64,000 bases of DNA, taken from positions 11,470,001 through 11,534,000 of the forward strand of contig OZ234494.1 in NCBI GenBank assembly GCA_965153455.1, in the 5' to 3' direction. Positions within the stretch are counted from its first letter, which is position 1, and each line of letters begins with the position of its first letter. Source of the stretch: Sphagnum compactum (Eukaryota). The notes below the pieces were generated by a model. The model was not told the origin of the DNA and did not search any database. It saw nothing but the letters and a program-made list of their open reading frames with translations. This document shows, piece by piece, positions 12,691 to 26,254 of the stretch. Both the position numbers and the translations under genes were made by a program.

Positions 12691-13683
12691 ACCTTATCTG
12701 TTTTTGGAGCTTGAAAAGAACTGGTGATTGGACGTAAGCATGAACGAATGCCATGTCAGCAGCAAAACTTCATCAAATCCTCAACGATGGATTGGATGAT
12801 GAGCTTTGAATTGGGGTTTTTATTTAATTTTCTATTCTGTTGCTACTACTCCTTTTCTCCTTGAACTTATTCAGTCAATGGAAGCAATCAAATGTTGGAA
12901 GACAAGGGACGCACTTTACTTTGGTTGTGCGGTACCTTGAAAGAGCTGCTCTTACTAGGGCACACTTGCTTTGGACAACAAGGGAGAGAGTGAAAGATGG
13001 GAAATTCAAATAGCAAAGTGAAGTTATCATAAACTTGCCCTTACATGAATCTGTGTTTCTAAAACACTTTTAACAATGTGTTCAAGATTTTAAGTGCTAT
13101 TGATATATGATGTTCTGATGCTATTGTAATACATTGTGATGAAATTTTCAAACTTGAGTAATTAGGCACACAATTCTCAGGAAAATTTTTGATAAGAAGA
13201 AAAAGCAAGCAAAAGAATGCAAAGCCACTAAATTTAGAGGAATCAAATTTGAGATTGACATGAATAAATGATTGAACTCTTCAAAAATCACTTGAGAACA
13301 TACAATGAAAATTTTCAAAAGGGGGAGAGGGAATGTTGCCCAGTTTGAAAACTTGCTCAAAGACCACACAATTTTTCAAAAGTAATAATTTAATTATTTT
13401 AAGTACATTCCATGATTTCAAAATATAATAATTACAAAATTTATATTGATAAAAACCATTACAACTATTTCTCATGTAAAACTATTCAAATTTTTTTTTT
13501 AAAAGTATGAATGATACTTAATTTTTAAAAATAATATAATTAATTATATACATAAGCTTTTGATTAATCCAAAGCTTTTTTTCCCCCTGGCCACGGGGTT
13601 CTGGTAATTATGTGCAATATTATTCTTAATTTGCCGTTTATTAATATCCTGACGACGCATTATCGTCAGTCGTCTCCTACACT

Positions 13684-13805
13684 GCCACGTGCACAGAGCA
13701 CGACCTCGTGTTCTAGTGACTGCCAGCTGGAGCCACGCGGCAGTGGTGAAGAGACAGGTGGCAGGCAGTAGGTAGTAAGGTGGTGGGTTGATTTTCGACG
13801 TCGGC
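13684..13805 (+). promoter_or_regulatory. ABA/dehydration-responsive cis-element cluster upstream of the LTI65-like gene
   Basis: GCCACGTG at 13684-13691 (reverse ABRE CACGTGGC), GCCACGCGGC at ~13732 (ABRE/CE3-like), GTCGGC at 13800-13805 (reverse DRE/CRT core GCCGAC). Confidence 0.65.
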
Positions 13806-14234
13806 GGAGGCGGCAGGCTAGTGCGCGCGATTGCTTGTTTGCTTGCTGTGCTCTGTGCTTTCTTATGCTGCGATCTCCGAGGTTCTGCTCGTGATTCTAG
13901 TCTCGATTTGCTGCTCGATCTTCGCTTTTTGTTTTTTAATTGAAAGATTCGATTAGTGATTCTGCTTACTTTTTTTTTTGTGTTTTCGTTTTACTTGATT
14001 ACGAATCTTTGATCTGTCTTATTAAGCAGAATTGCACTTGATCTTTCTTGCTCTCTTTTAAGCTTCGAGCTCTGCTCCCTGCTTGTGTGTATGTGTGTGT
14101 CTCTGTGTCAGTCTGTTTTGGGACTCTAGTATCCCTTTTTCAGGTCTTGTGCTTGTTCCTCTGTGCTTTTTCTTTTTTTTTTTCTTGGTGTGTTTGTGGT
14201 GAGTCTGCTTCGCAAGGAAGGAGGAGTTTCGAAA

Positions 14235-15846
14235 ATGTCGCAGGCCTACGAAGGATCTGAAGGTACGTCATTCGATGCGTTTCTTTCTTTGCGTTCTACT
14301 TTGTTGGAGAGAAAAGTGCGCGGGCATTTCTCGTAGAGGATGAAGACAGAAGACAGACAGATAGAGACAGAAACAGAGACAGAGAGAATTCAGGATCTGA
14401 AGTTTTTTGTGTGCGATTGATTGATTGATTGATTGCAGGAGAGAATGCGGTCGTTGCTGAGGACGATCAAAACGGCGGGAAGTCATTCGTCGGGAAGTTG
14501 AAAGACAAAGCCAAGCTTCCGACTCTGAAAAACAAGATGAGGAAGCTGAAAAACAAAGTGCCATTCGGGAAGAACAAGAACAATGGATCTGATGGCACAG
14601 ACGACGATAGACATTCTCAAGAAGATAATCACGAGGACGATAGCGGCAGCGGCGGCGAGGAGAATGAATCCGACAATAACGATACGAAAGAGGTGCAGTA
14701 GATCTATTTTTTTCATGCATTCTTCATGCACAATTCGAGCTCTCGAAGCTTTTTCCTCTGGCTTTGTTTGTGTCGATCTGTAGGAAACTGCGATCCATTT
14801 GTTTACAGGGATCATCCGCCCGCTTGGTTCGGAAGTTTGCAAACGGCTTATGATTCTTCGTGTCTCGCTTCAGTCTCTGGATGTTGAAATTGACAATAAG
14901 TAGGAATTGTCTTGACTGACAGCAGCAGGGGACGGCAGCAGCGAGATCTTCCGATGAAGTCGGTTTTCACCCTGGCAATCTCCCCTCGGAACCGCATGCT
15001 GTACACGACTATTTGAAGAAACTGTCTTTGGATCCGAAGGAGGAGCAATCCTCGACAACGCGAGAGGAGAACAATGGCAACAATCTTCAGGCAGTTGATC
15101 CAGAGAACAAGAGCGCTGCTGCGAACAATAACAATGCTGTAGGAGGAGGAGGAGGAGGAGGAGGATTCACTACTTTGAAGAACACAGTGATCGGAACTGC
15201 TGCAGCGGCTGCAGGTGCAGTCGGCTCAACAATCGGTTACTATCCAGGCTCCGATGAGAATGCTCAGGAGACGAAGAAGTCGTCCTCCGCCGCCTCGTCC
15301 ACCGCTGGAGCTGGCACTCAGCCAGCAGGAAAGACTTACACTCAACAAGCAACAGATACCGTTGTTGGAATGAAGAACAGTGTAGCTGCGAGTCTGGGGT
15401 TGGACAAACCTTCGGATCCGAATGCGCCGTCGTTTCTCGACAAGACGAAGGGGTACTTGACGACTACAAGCGATGCTGCTAAGAGCTTTACAACCGGAGC
15501 AACAGATCGCGCATACAACACCAGAGACAGAATGCTAACTGCAACGGCACCTGGGGATGAGCACAAAGCACTGGCACAGCAAATGACTGAGTCTTTGAGC
15601 AAGTTGCCAGTAACGTTGAAAGAGAGTGTGTTTGGCACAACAAGCTCTGCATCCTCGACTCTTGATAGCTCTGCAAACGACAAAACACCTGGCAAAGATG
15701 AGAAGCCTGCTGCTCCTGCGCCACAGGGACTTGTGAGCAGCGTCACTGGTGCTGTAAGCTCTCTTTTCAGCAAGAAAGGTGATACAGGAAGTTCTGCTGC
15801 TGTGGATGATCATCCTCCTCCTTTCCCTGCACACCAAGACCAGTGA
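14235..15846 (+). CDS. LTI65/LTI78 (RD29/CAP160)-like hydrophilic stress protein. Exons 14235-14262, 14439-14692, ~14923/14926/14929-15846
   Basis: MSQAYEGSEG|ENAVV...KSFVGKLKDKAKLPTLKNKMRKLKNK (Lys-rich LTI65-type N-terminal motif), an acidic tract, then PGDEHKALAQQMTESL resembling the LTI65 PGEEDKAL motif. Splice phases are consistent and the promoter has ABRE/DRE elements. Confidence 0.75.
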
Positions 15847-15984
15847 AGTGCCTGCTGGTATGTAATTAATTCCTCATCAAAAAACCCTTTGAGATTTTTT
15901 CTTCTTTATTGTCCAGAGCTTCAGCATCTGCAACAAGTTACAAGAACAAATATTCCAGGAATCAAAACTCAAAACAGAAAAGAC

Positions 15985-16225
15985 AAAATCTCTAATTCTT
16001 CTTCTTCTTCTGCTGAATTCTGACTTCCTCAAAATGCCAACAATGACAAAAATCTCAGAGGATTCTTCTGCTGAATTCCTACTTTCTTGAAGTGCCGACC
16101 AAAAATCTTGAGGAATTCTTCTTTCTGTTTGAATTGCAGTTTTGTCAAATGCCAACAACAACAAAATTCGAAGACTTGTTCTTTTTGCTGAATTCTTACT
16201 TTCTACAAATGCCAACAAGAATCTA
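15985..16225. repeat. Degenerate ~60-bp tandem repeat inside a putative intron downstream of the LTI65-like stop
   Basis: Recurrent ttcttctgctgaattc...cttt...aaatgccaacaa...caaaatct, ~4 copies. Confidence 0.65.
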
Positions 16226-17499
16226 ACTGCTGCTCTGCTACTACCCATCATCATATTGATATTTGAGGCTTGATGGTTTGTTTCTTCTTGATTCTTTGTG
16301 TGTGTTTCACAGGCCAGAGCTTGAATGCCAAGGAGGGGTCAGAGGATTTGCCTGTTACTTCTACATCTGCGGATCATCAACCTGTGAACTCCCGAGTGAG
16401 CAAATTTGCATGTTTTCCAACTTTTGACAATCTCAAGTTTTTCATATACAAATTGTACAATACTGTGATGTTGAAGTTGAGGCAGCCATCAATCGATGAA
16501 TCAAGAGAGTTTTGATCATCTTTAAGTGTACAACTTTTTTTCTCTCCCAGAAAAAAAGATTGTAGGTGGGTTCTTATCAACAAAACTTCTTCCTAATACA
16601 ATCCTGTAAACAAGATGAAAATTTATAGAAACTCTTGTCTGGGTGTTTTTATGTGTGCCCTTTTGTGTGTGTCATTCCAGTGTTGAATGTGTAGGGTAAA
16701 AGCCCTAGGAGGAGGGCTGTGCAGAAATAAGGGACCTGCACAAGGCAGGAGCCAAGGTCCTAAGTTTCCACTCAGCTCTCCTGAAAGGGCTTTACATGGC
16801 ATAAAAAGCCCGTAAAGCCCATCCCCGCATCCGCAAGCATCCACAAAATCCCCATGAAGAAGTGGGAGATCTGGCAGGACAAGATGAAGAAGTGTGAAAT
16901 CCCTGTGAAATTTGGAATTTTTCCCTCCAATGGAAAAAAGTCTAGCCAGAAAAAAGAGTGAATTTTATTGATATATTTGCTGAAAATGTTGAGAATTGAG
17001 CTTCAAACTTGTGAAAAATTGTTTTATCATCCAACCAGTGTGTTACCATTACAAATGCAAAACAAGGTGTGTCACTACATGGAGGCATTGTCGAATTTAG
17101 AACTTACAATGTGTGTTTGAATAATCATGAATGTGTTGAAGATTATGTTGTATTATTTGGTAGGGTAAATGTTGGGACATAGTCTCGTAATATGAGTGCA
17201 ATGTATATGGGTCTATGATTTGTCCAATAAGAAGCTTCAATTGATCGGAAATGGCATTGTTGTAATGGTGCATTAATCCATATGTGATCAATTTGAGTGT
17301 TATAAATAGTGGCTATTTCAAAGGAAAGAAGTTGTAAATCATATTTATTTATAGTTTTTTATAGCTCCATTGATTGTAATGTGTTTATTAAAATGTCTAC
17401 ATTAAAACTCCTAATTATTATAGTCTTACAATTTGTAATATCATTTGGAGGATAGATTCTAAAATGGAGATAAAATAAGATATTTATATTTTTGGTGGT

Positions 17500-20400
17500 T
17501 TGTAAATTGCAATTACATCTTTTTTTCATGTATTTTCATTGGAAGTTGGGACAATGAATTTTATATTTAATTTTTCTTTTATTGAAGTTGTGTTTGACGA
17601 AGAAACCATTTCATGTTAAAGTATCATTGTTTTGTCTTGATTGTAACAAAAGAGAAGATGTTAACATTGTTATTTATTATGCCATTGTGAATTTCTTGGT
17701 TTGTACAAATGTTTTTTTATTTTTGTTTCATTTAGACAAAGAATATATGATGGAAGCAAGTTTTGGTTCACAAGGAGTTATGAATTTTACATGTTCTTAT
17801 GTTATAATTTGCTATAAATTTTTGCAAAACACATTATATATCTTTGTGGGCTATCCTTTGTAATTTTCAACTAATGATTTGCAATGAATATTTGTTGGAA
17901 TTGTGAGTAAGTTTTATAATATTTTTATAAATAATATATGAAAGTTCTAGTTTGTTCAATTTTGCATTTGTTTAATATATATTGCATTTCTCGTGGAACA
18001 ATATATTTTTATTAAATAAGAAATGCAATAAATAGCAATGACATACAAGTTTAAAATAAATTGTGCATCTATATTTGATTCCCATCAAGGTTCAGCACAT
18101 ATGCTAAATACATTTATACATATATCACATGGTTTATATTTTTAAAATTATGTTGGTTTTCATAGTGTACCTTGCAATGCAAGCAAATAAATATTTTAAT
18201 CTCTTTTGTAATTTTAGAAGAAACTTGTGAAATGATATTTTTGTGCCTAAACCCATGTTTACAAGTTTGTTATAAATTTGAATTCCTATATTATGTAAAT
18301 ATGAAGTGCGAGTTTTTTCATTTAAAAAGTAATAATTTTTTGTACATTTTGCTGGTAGTTTAAGATACTGAAACTGGAATATTTATTTTGTTAGCATTCT
18401 TTTTTACAAGTTTATTTATGCTGATGTATTTGTGCAACATGAATTATTTCATTTTGAAGGATTTTTGAATCTATTATTAAATATTTATCAACAAATTTCT
18501 CAATATCTTTGTTTGAGAAAATACCAAACATGTGGGCATTTTTAATACATAACAATATAAGGTCATGAGCTAAACCTATTGATTGAAATTTTGTGATAAA
18601 ATAAAACAAATTTAACTTCGCTAAATAAATCATTAGTGTTTTTAAGTAATTTATGAAAACTATTCATCTTATGTTTGTAATATCACACACACATATAATA
18701 GGATCGTTTTTGACAAAATGTCTATTGTTTAATGAACTATTGTTATTTGTTATGTTTTCACCAAAATGTTGAATATGTAAGTTTTTTAGTGTTGTTGTAA
18801 CGTAAGCCAATTATTTATACCCATAATAAATGACATAAAGAATGTTGGAGGTCCAGATTACAAATACATATTTTTGAAAACAATATAAATATTTTGGAAA
18901 TGTTTTTATGTGACTTAATTCTTGATAACCTAAATTAAATTTTAATCTTTAATTTAAGTTCACATTGTTTGATACATCACTAGCTCTTAAAGTACAATTT
19001 AATTTTTTTCTTTTCAAATACAAATCAATGTAGAAGATAATATAATAAAATGAATCAATACTTTTATTGTTTTGAAATTTATGTAAATTGTTGTGTGGCA
19101 TGCAAATTTTCTATTCACATTTGTTAGTTCAACTTGGACTATTTTTTGATATGAATAATTAAAAGATGGTTTTTCATGTTCAAAAAATAATTTTGGAAAG
19201 TTATATTCTTTGAAATGTTTGTCACGAAATAATTCAAAAGGTCGAAAACCTTCTCCATGGCCAATCGTTAATGTTTTACAATTATCATCAATAACTTGTT
19301 CAGGTTTTAATATGTCTTGAATCAACGTGTCATTGTAATTTTTTTTATGACTTCTTCAAATTCGTTTGAACTATTAAAATCGGAGTCATTTTGAAATTTG
19401 TTTTTTGTATTTCACTTTCTTGACTTATATTTGCAAGTTTCACTAAACCTTGCCAATTTGGTTTTATTGAAACATCTACATTTATATATAAAGGAGTTTT
19501 ATAAATTTGTTGGAATGTTTTCATAACCATGTTTGGGTGAACATAACCTAAGATGTATATAGACTTGTATTCTAATGTTTTTTTTAATAAATTGAAATTC
19601 GAGAATCATCATATGTATTCATGCCGATACATTTTGTACTAAATTTAAGTTTATTGGTACATTTATGATGCTACCATGCATTCCATGTTGTCCATACCAT
19701 AGAAATTGGAAAACTTGTGCAAACGCAAGACAAGGTGCAATTAAATGTTCTTATATTTTGTTTAATTTAAAAATAAATGCCATATTTGGTTTATTGCTCA
19801 CAATATGTTTTTGTAACTTAAGTCTAGAGGCTTTCCAAAATCAAATTTCTTTCAACAAGATTTACACATTAATACATGATCTAATGATCTTATGTTTTTA
19901 ATAGGATTCAAGAAATGTTTAATGTATGATAGAAATGCATAACAATCTTGATGTTTAAAACACAAATTTTGACAACAATGACATACATGTTTTGTGATGT
20001 TTTCAATATCAGATTTATATTTAAGAATGTGCTTGTCATTGATATTTGTCTTAATATTCGTTTGTTTTGAATCCTTGTCTTTTCCAATAATTTATGTTTA
20101 CAAATGTTCAACTTTATCATTCAAAACCTGATTATTTATAATATCATGAGTAACAAACATTTTATCAAGATTGATTGGTACATATAATGGAACATTTGAA
20201 TAATTTTGGGTTTTCTTTTGAACAATTGTTTCATTATCTTTTGAACAAATATTTACTCTATTAGTGTTATTCTATTTTTGAACATCAAAATGTTTTAAAT
20301 GTTGTTTAATTTGTGACATGGATAAATCCAAATGTGGATATTGATACATAATGTTAATGCAATTTCTTGTGGATTACATATGGAATATGTTTTTTTCATT

Positions 20401-20890
20401 GTTTAATAGTGTATCATTCAATTCAAAATTCCCTTTTATATTTAATTTAATATTTCTAACTATGTCATTACATACATCATGGTTGGAAATAAATTGGGAC
20501 ATCATATAACATTATGACATTAATTTGCAAATGATAGAGGCATATGATATCCTACTCTTGCCATTATTCATCCATTGTTTCTATTCCAAACATGAATTGA
20601 GTATTCTAAATATCTTGACATCCAATACACTGCAATGAAATCACCCCAAAATCCACCATTAATTGTAGATATTGACATTTTTTGTACATAGGTTTGTTCA
20701 TAGTTGTTTGTCCATGATGTAGATCATGTAGGAATTTGTAACTTAATTCAAATGTACAACATTCTAATCCTTCCAGTGTTCCAAATGTTAAACATTGTTG
20801 TAAATGAGCCATACTATTTTTGTGGAGCTTTTTTGAATTTTATTGCATATTTTAGGAAATATATTATTGCATCAAAAAGACCAATGGCAT
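17500..20890 (-). mobile_element. Heavily decayed Helitron remnant (OTU-like region, N-terminal region and Rep); no helicase recognised
   Basis: Minus-strand fragments in Helitron order: EHLIAPCLAFAQ...HGSIINVP (~19655-19750); TIGHGEGFRPFELFRDKHFKEYNFPKLF (~19190-19270); FYFITKFQSIGLAHDLILL (degenerate Rep motif EFQxRGxxHxH, ~18550-18610); QIHQHK; NIDAQFILNLY (~18045-18075). Boundaries are approximate. Confidence 0.78.
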
Positions 20891-23800
20891 GATGGAAGTT
20901 GGTAATTCTTTGCAAGTCAATTTTACTTTTTTTTTAATCAATATCCATTTATTATAACAAGATGGTTTAGGGGGAGGGGGGGGGGGGGGTGTGGTTAGTT
21001 TCAAATTAATTTATGTTATTTATATGTAGTATATATATAATTATAATTGTAATTATAATTATTGATTCACTTGAAATTTTGATGTAAGAAAAGATTAATT
21101 TTAGGTATTAATATTGGTTATTATTATTCTGTTGTCACAAGTTGGCTTTTTTATTTTTTATTTATCTATTTATTTCCCATTATTTTCTTTGTAATTTATT
21201 CATAATTTTTTTAATTTACAATTTAAATTTCATTAATATATAAAATCTTATTTATTCACTTGAAGTTTTAAGCAAGATATAGTTCTTTATATTCTATTTA
21301 CAAGTTATTTAGTTAGCTTTATGTTATCAATTTTTTTTAATCAATATACTTTTAATTCACTATTGATTTCTTTTTTGGTTTTTTAATATTTCACAAACAT
21401 TTATAATTTTGATTTTACTCATATGGAAAGTTCAATGTAAGGAATGAATATTTTAATTATTAATATTTAGTTATTTTATTTTATTTTCATAATTTGACTA
21501 TTTTTATTTTTTCATTATTTATTTTCTAATTTATTGCTAATCAATTTTCCTTTTTTTCCAATATATATATATAATGCACTTGCAATTTTTAAATAAGAAG
21601 AGTCTTTATATTTTATTTAAAAATTATTTAATTGTTTTTTTATAATGTATCTAAACTATATTTTTTAATTCACTATTGGACTTTTAAAAAGTGGTTTATT
21701 ATTGATCTTTCACAATACATGGTCCTTATTTGCACTTCACACAATATATTATTATTATTTTATTTCTATACTTGACCTTTTTGTTAAGGTATAAGAATTA
21801 AATAAAACTTGGGATTGCGATTAGTTGAAAATCAAAAACCAATAAACCTATCCATTCACCCCTGGCGAGAAAAAAAATCCCCATTATTCAAATTGTATTT
21901 TTGTAACCCAAAATTAAACCCCCAAAAAAACAGGGTTACCAAAATCCAACATCCTTTATACCAAAAACCCACAACATCAAATTGTTTTCATTTACATAGA
22001 ATGTACATGAGTTGAAAATTCGTTCTAAAAACAAATGCCAAAAACCATTGATTCAAAATTGTTATTTTATATGTAAAGTGATGTCTTCGAAACCTTAATG
22101 CACATATAAACAATATCTACTTGTCCGGATTTTTTATTTTTTGATTTGCTTTTATGGATGAATAACCAACAAACTCTCTTGTAGGATTTAAGACAAAACG
22201 ACCCTTGTGTTACTTATCCTTGAAAAGATGAAGAAAAAACCCTTGCTTGGTTTCTAAATGTTCACAATTCACAAGCTTGTGTCTCAACAAAGATTTGATC
22301 GAAGGATCACATAGCACATAATCATATGCATTGCCATTTTCTTACTTTATTTTGCATGAAATTCGAACTTGAATTTCAAGGTGAACTATGCTCTTACAAC
22401 TATAACAATAGAAACTACTATTATGATTGATTAAAGAAGGCATGTGACATTTTGTGCATATGTTTTCAAAGTAGGACGTTCTGATAGCAATCACCAACTT
22501 CGTGACAACCTACAAACCATAAACCACACAAATGATAAACAATGCAATCTAACTAAATATTACTTAATTACAGTCAAAGAAATTTTCACCAAAGATTGTT
22601 TCATTCTACTTAAGCTAATTTTCTTAGAAGAGTGAAGCTTCACTCATGCAACATACTATCAACTGCGTCAAAAGGCCTCACATTCATGTAGAAACCCACA
22701 AGTTTTTGGTGTGTCTTACATTATGCTATCTTGGCCTCTAAATAAATATGGGTGTTGAAATCCCAAATTGAAATCCACGTGGCCAAATACCAAGACAAAA
22801 CCTTGGAGGTTTCAAGAATAAAAACATAAGCATAAAGAGCATGTTTAGGGTTTAGGGTTTGCTTACAATGCACAAATACAAATATAATCCAAATTAGAAT
22901 CATTTATGTACTACATGCAATAACATGGACAATTTAAGAAAAGAACAAAACAAAATTTACACCCATACCTCAAAATTTAAGGCAAAGTCTTGCCTTTTAG
23001 TTTTTTTGTTGTTCATTTTATTTAACAAATACCACACTTCCGATATTCTTGACTAAAAGTGTTGCAAGTCTACCAGTGCTATACATGTTCACCAACTACA
23101 CATACTATGAATAAAATTCAGGGTAAAAAAATAATGCTTGTGTGTCATTTGCTTTTAACCCATTGGCCACAACGAAGATAAAGGTTTTGGCAAACTTGCC
23201 ATATATCCTCATGACAACCATTTCTAGGGTTCCGAGTTGTTTCAAATTTGACCTTTGTATGAAATTATGGATGATATGATGGCAACAAAGCACAAACTTA
23301 TGGTGAATGGATCAATTGGTTCTATTAAGTTGTTCCCCCAACTTTCAACACAAAGTCCCAATCCCCTTTTTCAAATTTATTTCAAAAGGTAACACTAAAA
23401 TTTGTAACCCGTATGTACAAACCAACTGACAAGGTGATTATAAAATACCTTAATGCATCAATAAGATCACAATGTATATATTTAAAGTCATTGTTAGCAA
23501 CATTATAAGATTAATTACTAACTATGTGCCTTTCAAATATGGCACCCAACATCCTTTACTGCATGTTAGTTATCCCCACAACAAACACCTGTGTTGTTAT
23601 TTATTTTATAGCCATGAATGAGCTCAACCATAAACTTCAAAAGAAAAACCAAACATTGAAACTTAATTACAAAACTAATAGAAATTGCTTACTATCTACC
23701 CAAAAATTGAATATGGCCAAAGGAGCAAAAAAAAACTAAAAGATGAAAACTAAACATGAGTTAAATATTAAAAGTTTGAAACACCTTAAATCTGATCTTG

Positions 23801-25992
23801 AAACTTCTACAAACCAATAAAAAATTTTGTTATTAAAACAACAAGGCAAAAAACCCCTCAAAACATCAAAAGAAAAAAATAAAAATAAATACAAAAGTTT
23901 GATTGCCAAGACAAAGAACCAAACCCTAAGTACAACTCCAACACATCTCTAGTTTTTTAAATCTACATGATAAAGTCTACATACCTTTTGTAAGTCAATT
24001 AACCTAACTACATGCATATGGAAAAATTGACTTAATTATCATTTTTAGTTATGTAACTTCTTATTTAATCAAAGAAGAGACTCCATGTGGATATAAAGAA
24101 CCCATACACAACACTTGTTCACTTTTGACACCACCTTCTTTTACCCCTTCCTCCCACATATAAAATACCCATACTCAACAATCGAAGTGTTCACAAAGCA
24201 AGAGCACCATTAGGGAAATGAAAAAGGAGAAATACTTAGCCATGATCATTTTTCAAATACAATTTTGGAATTTCATATGATAAAGTTATTCAAAACATCC
24301 TACATGAAGTAGTGTCAAAGGCTAGTTATTTTACTCTAAGAGAGAAAACAATTGACACCCATCTGAGAATTAGACATTTTTGCTTTGAGATGTTGAACAT
24401 CTACCAATAGCTCTACTCTTTTTTGAAACACTCTGAATAAACTTGTCTCTTGCATGCAATCAACACAATTACTTACAAAACCTCAAATCCAAAGAAAAGT
24501 AATCTCCAATGTCTTTAATTATTTGAAAAAAAATGACCAACCCATCCTCGAGGCCTATCCTCTCTCGGCTTCCCCTCTCCCCCACAACCACCGCAAATGA
24601 ACACCCTCCCAACCTAACCCACCCACTTCTTGCACTAACCCACTCACACCCTAAACCAAACCACTTATATAATATAGATTCAATGGTAAGAAAAAACTCA
24701 GCTCATCGTGTGTGAAACCAAAAAATATAAGGCCAAACCTAAAAAAAAATGTCATTGAAAAAAACTTCTCTCATTCAATGTGAAACCAAACAACATAAGG
24801 CAAACAAAACCTCCTCCAAAAAAAATCGATGCGAAAGTAAGTGCCTATCCCCTGCAAGGGTAGGCCCTAACATAGATGAGTACTTTGCATACTTAAAAAT
24901 TAGTCCTTAATTATTGTTGAAATTCTGGAAAACTAAAAATTGAAACTATCAAACCTTTTCTTTAAAATAAACAAATTATTCGGTCAAAGAAGTGTTGATT
25001 ATCTGTTGTAAAAGTATAGTAATTTTTTATTTTAATTCAATACAAGCATGCTTCTGGATTCATGATTTTTTTCACAAAAAAAATGTCTTTATTTAAATTA
25101 GCTAGGATAAATAATAGTTTTTAATAAAAAAAAAAGGACTGAAGTCTCAACAAAAGAGCACACTTGAAAGGGCAAAATGCACAATGGGGAGACCTAAGGG
25201 AAGAAATTAAAAAACCTAAGACCTAAACCCATCATCAATAGCACGAAACAAGTCGTGCAAAGACATGAACAAAATACCTGAAAGGAACAACAAGCCTACA
25301 AGAGGCTCTTTTTGTTGTCACAGTTGCTTGTCACAAGATAATGACGATCACAACTACCCATCACAAGATAATGACGGTCTGAACTCTTTGAAGAGCCAAA
25401 AATGTTCAATATCAACTTCCTACCAAGTTACTTAAGTTACTTTTATCAAGTTATAGTTATTTGAGATACACCCTTTGTCTATAAAATGAATGTAAAATTT
25501 AAAAAAATAGAGACTTTCAAAGTCCTTGCTGATCATATCATGTTAGAATTATCATTCCCTTGGCAGATGTAAACATTCAAATATTTTTATTGCTAGAGGG
25601 ATGAAAAACCATTGAGGGTGTTGATTGCAGTAATTACTTGCTTGAAAAAAAATGTATGACAAGTAGGTAGGATATTTTTTTTAATTAATACATTTCTACT
25701 TTCTTAGCAGGTCTATAGCCACAGGTGGCTAAATCTACTCGAGGAATGATTGCCACAAAATTGAAAAAAACAACAAAAAAACAAAAACAAAACTGCACTA
25801 TCTATGTGCTACATGGAAGAATCAATGGTCTAAATATGGTGATATCAACTCTTTTTCTCTTTTTTTTTCTCTCAAAATATGGCGAATTTTGGGGATTTTT
25901 GGGAAATCTGGGATATGTGAGTTCTGTCTGGGGTCCATTCTTCCTCAGACAGACTTGAATCCCACCCACCACCTGCCCCGTCCAAGCAAAAT

Positions 25993-26026
25993 CCACGTCG
26001 CTGTGATGAGATTGCACTAGGTCGGC
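25993..26026 (+). promoter_or_regulatory. ABRE-like and DRE core motifs upstream of the NRP gene
   Basis: CCACGTC at 25993-25999 and GTCGGC (reverse GCCGAC) at 26021-26026, ~230-260 bp before the ATG. Confidence 0.4.
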
Positions 26027-26254
26027 ATGGGAGCACGCAATGCTCGGCAACTACAACTGTGGTTGGAAGGAAACTCAGACTAGCCAAATATAGGCACATA
26101 AGAGAGAAGTTATTTTGCTTGTGAGAGAGAAGCGAGAGGACCCATCTCCAGGAATTCTCGTCAGCCGCATTTGCTCGTCTCGTCTAGGGTTTTGTGCACG
26201 TCCTCCTTTGTTGTTGTTGTTGTTGTTGTGTTTCTTTTTTGTTGTTTTTCTAAC

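Noticed and set aside
15342..15837. Minus-strand ORFs of 78-143 aa
   Set aside because: Antisense to the GC-rich LTI65-like exon.
20969..20990. Poly-G run (possible G-quadruplex)
   Set aside because: Simple homopolymer at the edge of decayed TE sequence with no other support.
23170..23230. KIKVLANLPYILMTTI, resembling the KsgA/Dim1 ANLPY motif
   Set aside because: Isolated short match with no flanking methyltransferase motifs; most likely chance.
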